In this document: positions 26,603 through 35,225 of the stretch, piece by piece
Layout of the letters: every line of letters begins with the position of its first letter
Position numbering within the stretch: the stretch's first letter is position 1
DNA from: Candidatus Zambryskiibacteriota bacterium
GTDB lineage: Bacteria; Patescibacteriota; Minisyncoccia; Phycocordibacterales; DATDWN01
Assembly (NCBI GenBank): GCA_023267045.1
Contig: JAHFOB010000002.1
Coordinates: forward strand, 2,032 to 66,031
Length of the DNA: 64,000 nucleotides
Direction of reading: 5' to 3'
The notes under the pieces: model-generated
The model's input: the letters and a program-made list of their open reading frames with translations, nothing else
The model's database searches: none
Told to the model about the DNA's origin: nothing
Program-made: the position numbers and the translations under genes

Positions 26603-28390
26603 CTAGAATCGTATTACATTAGTACCGCCAACGGTTCTCGTTCCCGTTGTTGTTGTGCGAGTCGTGCCAGTAGTTGCAGTTGTAGCTGTACCAGTAACAG
26701 TTCTTGATACCACCTGTTCTCCTTCTGTTAGGCCAGAAATAATTTCAATGTTGTTATCATCTGATATGCCGACAGTAACTTCTACTTGTTGTGGGGGAAT
26801 TGAAGATACAGTTCCAGATGTTCCGACTGTTTCAGGAAGTGGTGGAGTAAATATCTGAACACGACTTACACCACCTACTGTTTTTACAGAACTATTTGGG
26901 ACTGTCAAAACATCTGTATGAACATCAGTCTGTATCGTCGCGTTTACAGTCATTCCAGGTTTTATTCTCGAGTCTGCGGTGTCAAAAGTTATTTTTGCTA
27001 TATAACTAACAACACCTTGAGAAACTGTCCCGACAGGATCTATTTCCTCAACTGTTCCACTTAAACTCAAACCATCGATGGCATCAAAAGTAAGAGTAGC
27101 TTTCTGACCAGGTTTTATTTTGGCCGCATCAACTTCATTAAGAGACAGTTCAGCTATTTGCTCATTTGTTACAATAGTTGCAATAGTTGCTGCTGTTTGA
27201 CCAACTTTTGCGCTAACAGAAGCTACCGTTCCACCAAATGGTGCTACGACAGTGTAATAACTCAAAGTTCTTTTCAAATCCTCCAAATTTCTTTCTTGTT
27301 TGTTCAAATTACTTTGGGATATTTGGAGACTAATAGGATTATTACCATTATCATTTCCGACTTTTGATAGTTCAATATTTTGCTCATACGTTGTAATACT
27401 TTGTTTCGTTGTATCAATTGATTTCTTTTGAGATAAAAGTGAACTCAAATCTGAATTAACCGTCGAAAGTCTAGTCCGAGTGTTTGTTTGTAATGTTGTG
27501 ACGACACTAGATAAACTTATACTGTATTGATTTGCAATATCTATAGATGTACTCAAAAAATTCAGTTCGCTTTGTAGGGATTGGGCAGTGGCTGTGGTCA
27601 TGTCTATTGATTGTGCAAGAAGGGATTCCAACTGCTCTGGACTAGAAGTTCTGCTTATTTGTTTATAAATCACTAGAGCTGAGTCGTATTTGTCCCTAGC
27701 TATTTTATAATCACTTGTAGATTTCAAAGCAAAGTCTTGGACTTTTGCCAAAGATTCATCATGAAAAACATTTAATATGGCGTCATAGTTTACCTGAGTT
27801 TTACTTATATTTAGATCGTATCCGTATAGAGTGTTTTGTATTCCAACTATTATGTTTGGTAAATCTAGATATGTATTTGATAGCGTATTGAAAGTATCAT
27901 TGTATACACTAACTAAATCATTTTTTGCATTCTGGAGATTATCCAGATTTTTCTGATAGTCTATTGGTGCTTGAGCTTGGTCTTTTTGGAACTGAAGTTT
28001 TGCTTCAGCAAGTGAAGCTTCGGCATCAACAACAGCAGCCTTTGCATCTCTATTATCTAGTCCTGCCAAAGCTTGTCCGGCGTAAACCTTGTCTCCGGCT
28101 TTTACATTTACCCACGTCACGTCTCCAGAAACTTTCGCTTTGACGTCAAGCTGGTTTGTAGCTGAGACTTGGCCACTACCAGTTACGGTTGAAATTATTG
28201 TTTGTTTTTTTACTATGGCAGTGACATATTGTGTCTGACCGGTTGTTGATGTAGCTTTTTTGTATTCATAATATCCACCACCTACAATAATTATTATCAA
28301 ACCAGTGGTTACTACTTTATGGGCTAGTGCAAACTTTTTGACTTTCAAAAACGTTACATTTTGGGAGAGTTTAGTCAGGTAGTTTTTCAT
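26603..28390 (-). CDS. HlyD/MacA-type periplasmic adaptor with a long coiled coil and a T/G-rich tail
   Basis: TM anchor, biotinyl-lipoyl-like hairpin (VKAKVSGDVTWVNVKAGDKV), long alpha-helical segment, beta-barrel region, C-terminal low-complexity TGTATTATTG. Confidence 0.7.
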   Translation of the reverse strand: MKNYLTKLSQNVTFLKVKKFALAHKVVTTGLIIIIVGGGYYEYKKATSTTGQTQYVTAIVKKQTIISTVTGSGQVSATNQLDVKAKVSGDVTWVNVKAGDKVYAGQALAGLDNRDAKAAVVDAEASLAEAKLQFQKDQAQAPIDYQKNLDNLQNAKNDLVSVYNDTFNTLSNTYLDLPNIIVGIQNTLYGYDLNISKTQVNYDAILNVFHDESLAKVQDFALKSTSDYKIARDKYDSALVIYKQISRTSSPEQLESLLAQSIDMTTATAQSLQSELNFLSTSIDIANQYSISLSSVVTTLQTNTRTRLSTVNSDLSSLLSQKKSIDTTKQSITTYEQNIELSKVGNDNGNNPISLQISQSNLNKQERNLEDLKRTLSYYTVVAPFGGTVASVSAKVGQTAATIATIVTNEQIAELSLNEVDAAKIKPGQKATLTFDAIDGLSLSGTVEEIDPVGTVSQGVVSYIAKITFDTADSRIKPGMTVNATIQTDVHTDVLTVPNSSVKTVGGVSRVQIFTPPLPETVGTSGTVSSIPPQQVEVTVGISDDNNIEIISGLTEGEQVVSRTVTGTATTATTGTTRTTTTGTRTVGGTNVIRF

Positions 28391-28850
28391 GGTTTTTTGT
28401 TACTGTATGGTTTAATACAAGCCAAAGTAGCCTAATCTTTCATTGGCTCTATCATAGTAAATATAATGACAAACCTACAAAATCTGTATTGCAACAAAGC
28501 AGATGGAGTGATTTTGAGTATTTTACAAAAACAAAACCTCCGCACGTAGCGAGAGGTTTTGTTTTTGGCCGGTCACACTCATTTGTTAGAGAGGACATCC
28601 CATTTGTTATATTTTTTAGTCTCTAATGTCGGCTAGGCCGACATAAACGAGACAGGGTTTACAATTGAGGATGTTTCTCCTGTGAGCATGTACCTACTAT
28701 AATTCTGTGCCTCATACTAAAATTGTCAACAAAATTTCCGTGCAAATCCTGTTTATAAACTGTGCGAAACTTCCAAAAACTGTGGATAAAATATTTGTGG
28801 CACATATATGACGAACCGGCAAGTCACAATGACCTGCCGGTGTTTTGTTT

Positions 28851-29216
28851 TTACCAGAGCTTCACCCGAAGACGCTTTAACCCCTGGGTTTTATCCAAAC
28901 CTTCCCAACTGTCATTAACGTAGGTGGATTCTGGATCTCTCCTGTTTGGTCTGAAAATTCTTTTGGTCAATTTGACCAGAGGCTTCACCAATATTACGTA
29001 AAAGACAAAAAACAGGATGAGTGTCCCCGCAATTTTGGCCAGAGTCAAACACAGGAAATATATCTGATAAATCGCCGTAAAGGTCCAATCAAACAAATTT
29101 CCGACTACGTATCCGGCAAAACTGAAGATTGGAACGTATAGGTCTATTTGCACTACCGTATAACTCATAATGCAAACAAAAAGCAAAAAAAGTGCAATGC
29201 GAGATGATCTATTCAT
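28851..29216 (-). CDS. membrane hypothetical protein
   Basis: Three hydrophobic segments. Confidence 0.4.
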   Translation of the reverse strand: MNRSSRIALFLLFVCIMSYTVVQIDLYVPIFSFAGYVVGNLFDWTFTAIYQIYFLCLTLAKIAGTLILFFVFYVILVKPLVKLTKRIFRPNRRDPESTYVNDSWEGLDKTQGLKRLRVKLW

Positions 29217-29373
29217 GTAGACCTCACAATCTCTAAGATGTTACGTTTTGCAACATCTAAATCCAAAAGAAAAATAGCATATTTTTAGATTTCAGTCAAT
29301 TCCGGGTTTGACATATTCATTTATTAATATAAAGTAAGTAGATTGAGTTTTCTGACTATCTCAATCTAATTAA

Positions 29374-30591
29374 ATGGAAAGAAATACATATAGAAGTTCT
29401 GGGCCACGAAAATTTGGTCGACCATCTTTTTCTCATAACAGAGGTGGTTTTCGTGGTGGAAATCGCGGAGGTGGAAGATCTGGAAGCAAGCACATTGATC
29501 CGTCACGATTTATAAATAAAGCTGTTATCACTGAACAAGTTGAACATTTTGTACCAGAACACAAGTTTAGTGATTTTGCTGTGGACACTAGATTGTCAAA
29601 AAATATTATTGCTAAAGGCTATGTAGATCCGACTCCAATTCAAGATAAATCCATTCCACACATTTTGAAAGGAGAAGACGTGGTTGGTATCGCAAATACA
29701 GGCACTGGAAAAACAGCAGCCTTTCTTATTCCTCTTATAAACAAAGTTCTGAGTCATCAAAAAGAAAACGTTTTAATAATAGTTCCGACTCGTGAACTGG
29801 CTTTACAAATCGAAGAAGAATTAAACGGTTTTACTTTGGGTATGAAAATGTACTCCGTTTGTTGCGTTGGAGGTTCGTCTATTGGAAATCAAATCAGAGC
29901 TTTAAGATACAGAAACGAGTTTGTTATCGGTACTCCGGGAAGATTGAAGGATTTGATAGAAAAAAAAGTTTTGAATCTATCTCATTTCAAAACAGTTGTA
30001 CTCGACGAAGCTGACAGAATGCTAGATATGGGATTTATAAATGACATGAAGTTCATGATGGCTCTTATGCCGAAAAATCGTCACACACTTTTCTTTTCAG
30101 CTACACTTTCCCCAGAAATCTCTATACTCATCAAAGATTTTTTGAAAAATCCAGTAATGATTTCTGTTAAAACAGGGGATACGGCAAGAAATGTTGATCA
30201 AGATGTTGTTCGAGTAAACAGAGGAGAAAATAAACTAGATGTTTTACACAGTATGCTTATCAAACCAGATTTCAACAAAGTCTTAATTTTTGGACGGACA
30301 AAACACGGGGTGGAAAAATTGACTAAACTTCTGGTGGCTCGCGGATTTAGAGCAGAATCAATTCACGGAAATAAAAATCAGTCAGGTAGACAGAGATCAC
30401 TAAAACTTTTCAAGGAAGGCAAAGTTCAGGTTTTGGTTGCAACAGATGTTGCCGCGAGGGGACTAGACATCAGCGATGTTTCTCATGTCATCAACTTTGA
30501 TATTCCAGCGACATATGAGGATTATGTGCATAGAATAGGACGAACAGGACGGGCCGGCAAGAAAGGCAAGGCTCTTACCTTTGTTGAATAG
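29374..30591 (+). CDS. DEAD-box ATP-dependent RNA helicase with an N-terminal RGG-rich tail
   Basis: Q-motif, GTGKTAAF (motif I), DEAD (VLDEADRML), SAT, HRIGRTGRAG; N-terminal GGFRGGNRGGGRSG. Confidence 0.9.
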   Translation: MERNTYRSSGPRKFGRPSFSHNRGGFRGGNRGGGRSGSKHIDPSRFINKAVITEQVEHFVPEHKFSDFAVDTRLSKNIIAKGYVDPTPIQDKSIPHILKGEDVVGIANTGTGKTAAFLIPLINKVLSHQKENVLIIVPTRELALQIEEELNGFTLGMKMYSVCCVGGSSIGNQIRALRYRNEFVIGTPGRLKDLIEKKVLNLSHFKTVVLDEADRMLDMGFINDMKFMMALMPKNRHTLFFSATLSPEISILIKDFLKNPVMISVKTGDTARNVDQDVVRVNRGENKLDVLHSMLIKPDFNKVLIFGRTKHGVEKLTKLLVARGFRAESIHGNKNQSGRQRSLKLFKEGKVQVLVATDVAARGLDISDVSHVINFDIPATYEDYVHRIGRTGRAGKKGKALTFVE

Positions 30592-30631
30592 CTCAGGTCT
30601 TTTTACTAAATCTCTAACGTCTAACGTAAAT

Positions 30632-30755
30632 AAAATCTCTTTCTCATCACAACTTTTTCTAGTAACAGAATAATTTCTTGCTAGAAATTTTCTTTCTGCT
30701 CACCTTTTCACAGGTTCCGCAGATACTAGAAAAAGTTGTGATTCGACGAGATTTT
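30632..30755 (+). repeat. R-element copy A: REP-like palindromic element (124 nt) with ~32-bp imperfect terminal inverted repeats
   Basis: AAAATCTC...CACAACTTTTTCTAGTA...core...TACTAGAAAAAGTTGTG...GAGATTTT. Confidence 0.8.
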
Positions 30756-30814
30756 GTTTCTGAGCATTTTCTATAAATAGCAACGATAATATACTTTATG
30801 TTACAATAGCCCTC

Positions 30815-30921
30815 ATGGATCCCGTTAGAAATATCGGAGATCAATGTTACGATTATCAGGTTAATTTTAATTTTATAATAGGTCGTCATAGCAGAATGTA
30901 TGATCTCCTATTTCTAACGGG
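30815..30921 (+). repeat. L-element copy 3 abutting the start codon of dedA (30922)
   Basis: ATGG|ATCCCGTTAGAAATATCGGAGAT...ATCTCCTATTTCTAACGGG|ATGGAT. The duplicated hexamer ATGGAT matches this gene's own start; TACAAT box lies upstream. Confidence 0.85.
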
Positions 30922-31539
30922 ATGGATTATTTGATAAATAGCATAACTATACTTGGATATTTTGGCTATGGGCTTTTATTTATAATCATATTTTTTGAGT
31001 CTTTTCCACTAACATTTTTCTTGCCAGGAGACAGTTTGCTTTTTACATCTGGGTTTCTGGCTTCACAAGGGCACTTCAATCTTGCTCTACTTATCGCCAC
31101 ACTTTTTCTAGCAAGTATCGCCGGCTATCTTTTCAGCTATGCAATGGGGGAGAAACTTCGACAAATTATTTTGAAAAGTAACGACAAGTATTGGTTCAAA
31201 AAAAAGCACTTGGACTACACAGAAAAATTTTATGCAAAGTACGGCACAAAAACAGTAATTATCGGTCGCTTTGTTCCCATAGTCCGTTCTTTTAGTCCGA
31301 CATTGGCTGGAGCTGTAGATATGAACTTCAAAAAATTTCTAAAACTGACTATGCTTGGCGGATTTCTCTGGACGGTAGGAATAACTTCTGCCGGTTTTTA
31401 TTTGGGTAAAGCTATTCCTAGCGCTCATTTATATTTAACACCGATAATTCTCGGTATTATTTTTGTGTCACTTTTGCCAGCAATCATAGAATATATTCGT
31501 GATCAGGTTGCCAAAGGTAAAATAAATCCAAAAGTATAA
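30922..31539 (+). CDS. DedA family membrane protein
   Basis: LPGDSLLF...GRFVPIVRSFSPTLAG, DedA/SNARE-associated pattern. Confidence 0.8.
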   Translation: MDYLINSITILGYFGYGLLFIIIFFESFPLTFFLPGDSLLFTSGFLASQGHFNLALLIATLFLASIAGYLFSYAMGEKLRQIILKSNDKYWFKKKHLDYTEKFYAKYGTKTVIIGRFVPIVRSFSPTLAGAVDMNFKKFLKLTMLGGFLWTVGITSAGFYLGKAIPSAHLYLTPIILGIIFVSLLPAIIEYIRDQVAKGKINPKV

Positions 31540-31542
31540 ACT

Positions 31543-32715
31543 ATGAATTCTGAAAATATTATTTCGGTCAGCAAATATCTAGATAAACTAAACTCTACCC
31601 TCAAAACTGAAAGTGCAAAAATAATCGGCGAAGTTTCTGGACTGAAACTACATCAAAATGGCCACTATTATTTTTCTTTGTTAGACAAGACTGATCAAAG
31701 CAAGATAGACTGTGTTATTTGGAGATCAAATTATAAAATATTTGGGGTGGAGCTTGCTGATGGTTTGGAGGTTATTGTTTCTGCCTTACCAAATGTCTAC
31801 AAAATGAATGGCAGACTTAGTTTTATTGTAAATGCTGTTGAGCTGGTCGGCGAGGGAGCTTTGCAGATTGCATATGAAAAACTAAAAAAGAAACTAGAGT
31901 TGGAAGGACTTTTTGTTGAAAGTAGAAAAAAAGAAATACCTTTATATCCACAACGTATTGGTGTTATAACATCACGTAGTGGGGCTGTTATAAATGATTT
32001 TACGACAAACATAGGAAAGTTTGGTTTTGAAATTTTGTTTGTTGATTCAAAAGTTGAAGGTCAGGATGCAATAAAAGATTTGCTCTCGGCTATGGCTACT
32101 TTGAAAAATAAAAATTTAGACGTTCTTGTTATGATGCGCGGGGGAGGATCGCTTGAGTCTTTTCAAGCTTTCAACAACGAGACTCTTGTCCGAGTAGTTG
32201 CCGAATTTCCAGCGCCTGTTCTAACTGGTATTGGTCATGACAAAGACGTTTCACTTGTTTCTCTGGCTTCAGACAAAAATGTTTCTACTCCGACGGCGGT
32301 AGCAAACTTGCTAAACTCTGGTTTTCTAGAAGCTCGTGGTGAAATCAGATTTTTGGAAGAAAAAATTTTTTCCAATTTTCAATCGGCAATTTTTGATACT
32401 TTTCGTCGTGCTGAAGACACTTTATTTCGCGAGATGGATGGGGTAGAATTAAAACTGAAGCAGATTTCTGATATGATAATTTTACAAACAAGAGAACTAA
32501 TTCGTGGTTTTTCTGATCTTTCTGCAAATGCACTAGATTTTCTAGTTCAAAGTGGTAAAACTATACAACTTTCCAATCCCGAAAGACAACTTGCTTATGG
32601 CTATAGTATTATAAAATCCAAAGGCAAAGTGGTTAGATATACTAAAGACGTAAAAACGGATGACAATATTGAACTTATGGTTTCTGACGGTATAATAAAA
32701 TCAAAAGTAATATGA
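31543..32715 (+). CDS. xseA: exodeoxyribonuclease VII large subunit
   Basis: OB-fold N-terminus and catalytic region (QRIGVITSRSGAVINDF...MRGGGS); followed by an overlapping xseB. Confidence 0.85.
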   Translation: MNSENIISVSKYLDKLNSTLKTESAKIIGEVSGLKLHQNGHYYFSLLDKTDQSKIDCVIWRSNYKIFGVELADGLEVIVSALPNVYKMNGRLSFIVNAVELVGEGALQIAYEKLKKKLELEGLFVESRKKEIPLYPQRIGVITSRSGAVINDFTTNIGKFGFEILFVDSKVEGQDAIKDLLSAMATLKNKNLDVLVMMRGGGSLESFQAFNNETLVRVVAEFPAPVLTGIGHDKDVSLVSLASDKNVSTPTAVANLLNSGFLEARGEIRFLEEKIFSNFQSAIFDTFRRAEDTLFREMDGVELKLKQISDMIILQTRELIRGFSDLSANALDFLVQSGKTIQLSNPERQLAYGYSIIKSKGKVVRYTKDVKTDDNIELMVSDGIIKSKVI

Positions 32716-32933
32716 AAAAACAAAACGAAAAAACTGATGGTTCCAATCTAAACGAGACACTAAAAAAACTAAATCAAATAGTTTCTTGGTTTGAGTCACA
32801 ATCGGAACTAGATGTTGAGAAAGGTTTGGAATATGTCAAAGAGGGAGCTAAACTAATAAAATCATCAAGACAACGTCTAGGTGAAATCGAAAACGAATTT
32901 AAAGAAATCAAAAAAGAAATCAGTAGAAATTAG
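32712..32933 (+). CDS. xseB: exodeoxyribonuclease VII small subunit
   Basis: 73 aa helical protein overlapping the xseA stop; LEETLKKLNQIV..FE.....LE pattern. Confidence 0.75.
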   Translation: MKKQNEKTDGSNLNETLKKLNQIVSWFESQSELDVEKGLEYVKEGAKLIKSSRQRLGEIENEFKEIKKEISRN

Positions 32934-32935
32934 TA

Positions 32936-33688
32936 TTATTTCTCGACTTTTATACCGTGCTTTTCTAGCTCGTAACGATCAAACTTTATTCCGTTGTGTA
33001 TTGGAGCATTTCGTATTATATCTAGGATCTCATTCTCGTCATCAGTAATTTTGTAGAGAAGAATGTCTTCTGGGTCTATTGTCCCACGAGAAAGTAACTC
33101 TTTTTTCATCAGTTCATCAAGTGGTTCCCAAAAATAACTTCCGACCAAAATTATAGGTACTTTTTCTATCTTTTTAGTTTGTATTAGTGTCACTATTTCA
33201 AAAAACTCATCCAGCGTTCCGTATCCACCAGGGAAAAATATATATGCTTCTGCGGAGAAAGATAAACAAACCTTTCGACTGAAGAAATAATAAAAATCTA
33301 TATTTTTTGTCAGATAGTCGTTCTGTATTTGGTGTCTTGCCAGTTCTATAGTTAGTCCCAGTGAATCACCTCCTGACTCATATGCTCCACGATTTGCCGC
33401 TTCCATTATTCCAGGTCCACCACCTGTGAAAACTGCATATTTTAAATCTTTCACCACACGAGTCGCAAGTGATCGCGCTTTTTCATATTCAATATCAGTT
33501 TCTTTGAAATGGCTTCCACCAAAAATTGTTACTGATTTTGGATAGTGTCGAAGAAAATTAAATCCGTCAGTAAACTCTTTTGCAATAAGTGAAACTCGAT
33601 CAACAGATGTGTCGTGGAGCTCTCTTTTAGTAAGAGGTCTCATATCCAAACTTTTAAAAGGTAGATTGACTTTTTTCTTTTTCAGCAT
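32936..33688 (-). CDS. LOG family protein (TIGR00730; cytokinin riboside 5'-monophosphate phosphoribohydrolase-like)
   Basis: GGGPGIMEAANRGA...PGGYGTLDEFFE motifs. Confidence 0.8.
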   Translation of the reverse strand: MLKKKKVNLPFKSLDMRPLTKRELHDTSVDRVSLIAKEFTDGFNFLRHYPKSVTIFGGSHFKETDIEYEKARSLATRVVKDLKYAVFTGGGPGIMEAANRGAYESGGDSLGLTIELARHQIQNDYLTKNIDFYYFFSRKVCLSFSAEAYIFFPGGYGTLDEFFEIVTLIQTKKIEKVPIILVGSYFWEPLDELMKKELLSRGTIDPEDILLYKITDDENEILDIIRNAPIHNGIKFDRYELEKHGIKVEK

Positions 33689-33721
33689 TGCCTAATTGTA
33701 CTTTGAAAAACTTCCTATATC

Positions 33722-33755
33722 AAGATCAAAGGCCGGTAGCTACACTTGTAACTGC
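33722..33755 (-). terminator. Terminator hairpin for 33769..34158
   Basis: GGCCGGTAG...CTGCCGGCC followed (minus strand) by TTTGATCTTG. Confidence 0.4.
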
Positions 33756-33768
33756 CGGCCTCATGTGA

Positions 33769-34158
33769 TTACTGCGTGAGCTTTTCTCGGAGCTCTTTCG
33801 GAATTATTTTTGACCTTCCGTTTTCGTCCTGAAGAACGATCAGACGAGTGTGAGTGAGAATCAGTTTTTGCCTAACATTTTTTTCGAAGAGTTTGTGTTC
33901 GAAAATCATGCCAAGTTCTGTCAGGATCAACTGACTTTCCACAAGATAGGGCAACTTACAATCCCAACTAAAAGAGTTGTGTGAAGTGTGAGTTGATCTT
34001 ACTTCCGCTCGAACAGCATACTTTTTTTGAATTTCTTCCAGAGATGTGCCAGCTTTTAACAGCAAGTCATATTGAAAGAGATGAAAAAAGTATGGTGGCA
34101 TGGTTGCTGGACTTATGCCAGCCAATCTAAATCCCTGTAAATCTGATGTTATTTTCAC
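33769..34158 (-). CDS. hypothetical protein (GTG start)
   Basis: ORF followed by the terminator; no recognisable family. Confidence 0.4.
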   Translation of the reverse strand: MKITSDLQGFRLAGISPATMPPYFFHLFQYDLLLKAGTSLEEIQKKYAVRAEVRSTHTSHNSFSWDCKLPYLVESQLILTELGMIFEHKLFEKNVRQKLILTHTRLIVLQDENGRSKIIPKELREKLTQ

Positions 34159-34239
34159 GTCGGCACCTCTAGGCTAAAATTACTCTTATTTATAAAGTTG
34201 TCAATTTACAAATCGTCACAAAAATAATATAATTACGTC

Positions 34240-34346
34240 ATGAGTCCCGTTAGAAATAGCGGAGATCAATATTACCAGAGTCAGATAAGTTTAATAATTA
34301 AATAAGGAGTAATAGTTTTATACTAGATCTCCTATTTCTAAACGGG
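34240..34346 (+). repeat. L-element copy 4 abutting the start codon of the FKBP gene (34347)
   Basis: ATGA|GTCCCGTTAGAAATAGCGGAGAT...AGATCTCCTATTTCTAAACGGG|ATGAAA; TTTACA-17-TATAAT promoter directly upstream. Confidence 0.85.
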
Positions 34347-34802
34347 ATGAAAACATTAGATACAAATGAGTGGATAGCTGTCATAGTTTCTGTTTTTGTT
34401 GTTGGTTTCTTTTTTATATTTGGCCAAAGTCTTATTTCCTTATTTAATAACAGTAATTCAAAAAGTATGGTCACTACTCCACAAGTTATTTCAACAGATA
34501 CGGTTATAGGTGCAGGTCAAACGGCAACAGATGGCGATCGTGTAGTGGTTCATTACACCGGACATTTTGTTGATGGCAAAGTTTTTGATAGTTCTGTCAC
34601 TCGTGGCGAGCCATTTCAATTTGTCTTGGGCAGAGGACAAGTTATAAAAGGTTGGGATGAGGGTATAGTCGGTATGCGAGTTGGTGGCAAAAGAACTCTC
34701 TCAATCCCACCAGAACTTGGCTATGGGGCAAATGACTACGGACCGATTCCTGGCAGATCGACGCTTATCTTTGATGTTGAGTTATTGAAAGTGGAAAAAT
34801 AG
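34347..34802 (+). CDS. FKBP-type peptidyl-prolyl cis-trans isomerase, membrane-anchored
   Basis: N-terminal TM; VVVHYTGHFVDGKVFDSS...FQFVLGRGQVIKGWDEG..GM.VGG.R.L.IPPELGYG is the FKBP domain. Confidence 0.9.
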   Translation: MKTLDTNEWIAVIVSVFVVGFFFIFGQSLISLFNNSNSKSMVTTPQVISTDTVIGAGQTATDGDRVVVHYTGHFVDGKVFDSSVTRGEPFQFVLGRGQVIKGWDEGIVGMRVGGKRTLSIPPELGYGANDYGPIPGRSTLIFDVELLKVEK

Positions 34803-34814
34803 CCACTTGACAAT

Positions 34815-35185
34815 ATTTTGATATTAGTGTAGCCTAGTAAGTAGATATCTCCGACCCAAGGGTGGTCGAAGACAGCCAAGAGGACATGATAGGCAGTCCC
34901 TTGCTCTTGGTTGGTTCTTTTTACGGGATGCAGGATAAGTGTAGTGTTACACTTTTCCGAAGATGCTTCAGACGGTTGGTTGCTACTGGTTCCAAGGCAA
35001 CTGGGCGATGTGTGAACACTCACGTATCATTGCCCATTTCATTTTAGTTTTTCCGAGGTCGTTTCGGTGACTCCATCATTTAGTTGGGCACACACTGAAA
35101 CAACAAACGCCTTGCATCGTTGCTACTCCATACTGTCCGAAAGGATAGTGGTAAAGTAGTCGATGCAGGGCGTTAAAATTTTACA
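34815..35185 (+). ncRNA. Candidate structured ncRNA, identity unknown
   Basis: About 370 nt, GC-rich and ORF-free (only short overlapping frames), with TTGACA at ~34807.
- It ends in an extended ~30-bp hairpin with a GAAA tetraloop: CGCCUUGCAUCG-UUGCUACU...CUGUCC-GAAA-GGAUAG...AGUAGU-CGAUGCAGGGCG.
- The U-G wobbles in that stem only pair on the plus strand. A UUAAAAUUUU tract follows.
- Internal hairpin CCAAGAG...CUCUUGG. Confidence 0.3.
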
Positions 35186-35225
35186 AAATTTTCTTTTTCC
35201 TTTTTAAAATGCTAGTCTGATTTGA

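Noticed and set aside
30659-30889. 76-aa minus-strand ORF, and the similar 36625..36840 and 41703..41888 ORFs
   Set aside because: They lie entirely within R-element / L-element repeat DNA on the opposite strand and are artefacts of the palindromic repeats.
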